From Octopus vulgaris (taxonomy: Eukaryota), in contig OX597819.1 in NCBI GenBank assembly GCA_951406725.2, positions 113,646,001 through 113,710,000 of the forward strand: a stretch of DNA of 64,000 nucleotides. The letters run 5' to 3'. Position numbers and translations under genes: made by a program. Position 1 is the first letter of the stretch; every line of letters begins with the position of its first letter. A model generated the notes under the pieces. That model searched no databases. It worked only from the letters and a program-made list of their open reading frames with translations, and was not told the DNA's origin. Positions 63,861-64,000 of the stretch are shown piece after piece.

Positions 63861-64000
63861 GTGAGTAGAACCGGTCAATGATCTCAGCTTAGCTTTGTCC
63901 ATTCCAAATTGGTTGTACTTCTGCAATACACACAACATTTTAACAATTTTTTTTTTTATACACTTACTAATATCTAATTGTAAAAATACAGTAAGATTTT

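Overview
AT-rich, repeat-dense animal genomic DNA; the SINE, MITE and microsatellite content looks like an octopod cephalopod (inference). The only well-supported gene is a + strand, multi-exon tubulin polyglutamylase TTLL5 ortholog. Fifteen coding exons from 27034 to 63860 join with canonical GT-AG sites into 465 uninterrupted codons covering the whole TTL/ATP-grasp domain, and the gene continues past the window. The first ~26 kb has no convincing coding exons and is probably 5' intron or upstream DNA. The rest is tRNA-derived SINEs, (GAT)n-tailed retroposon ends, Tc1/mariner relics, TTAA-flanked MITEs, LINE and Penelope-like remnants, and microsatellites. Notable oddities: a perfect 36-bp-arm palindrome plus four other long fold-backs, minimal hammerhead-like motifs, a 52-bp minisatellite and uORF-rich leader before the TTLL5 start, a 43-bp flanking duplication, splice-site anomalies, and an unexplained non-repetitive island at ~29.4-29.9 kb. 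I found no clearly novel multi-gene system.
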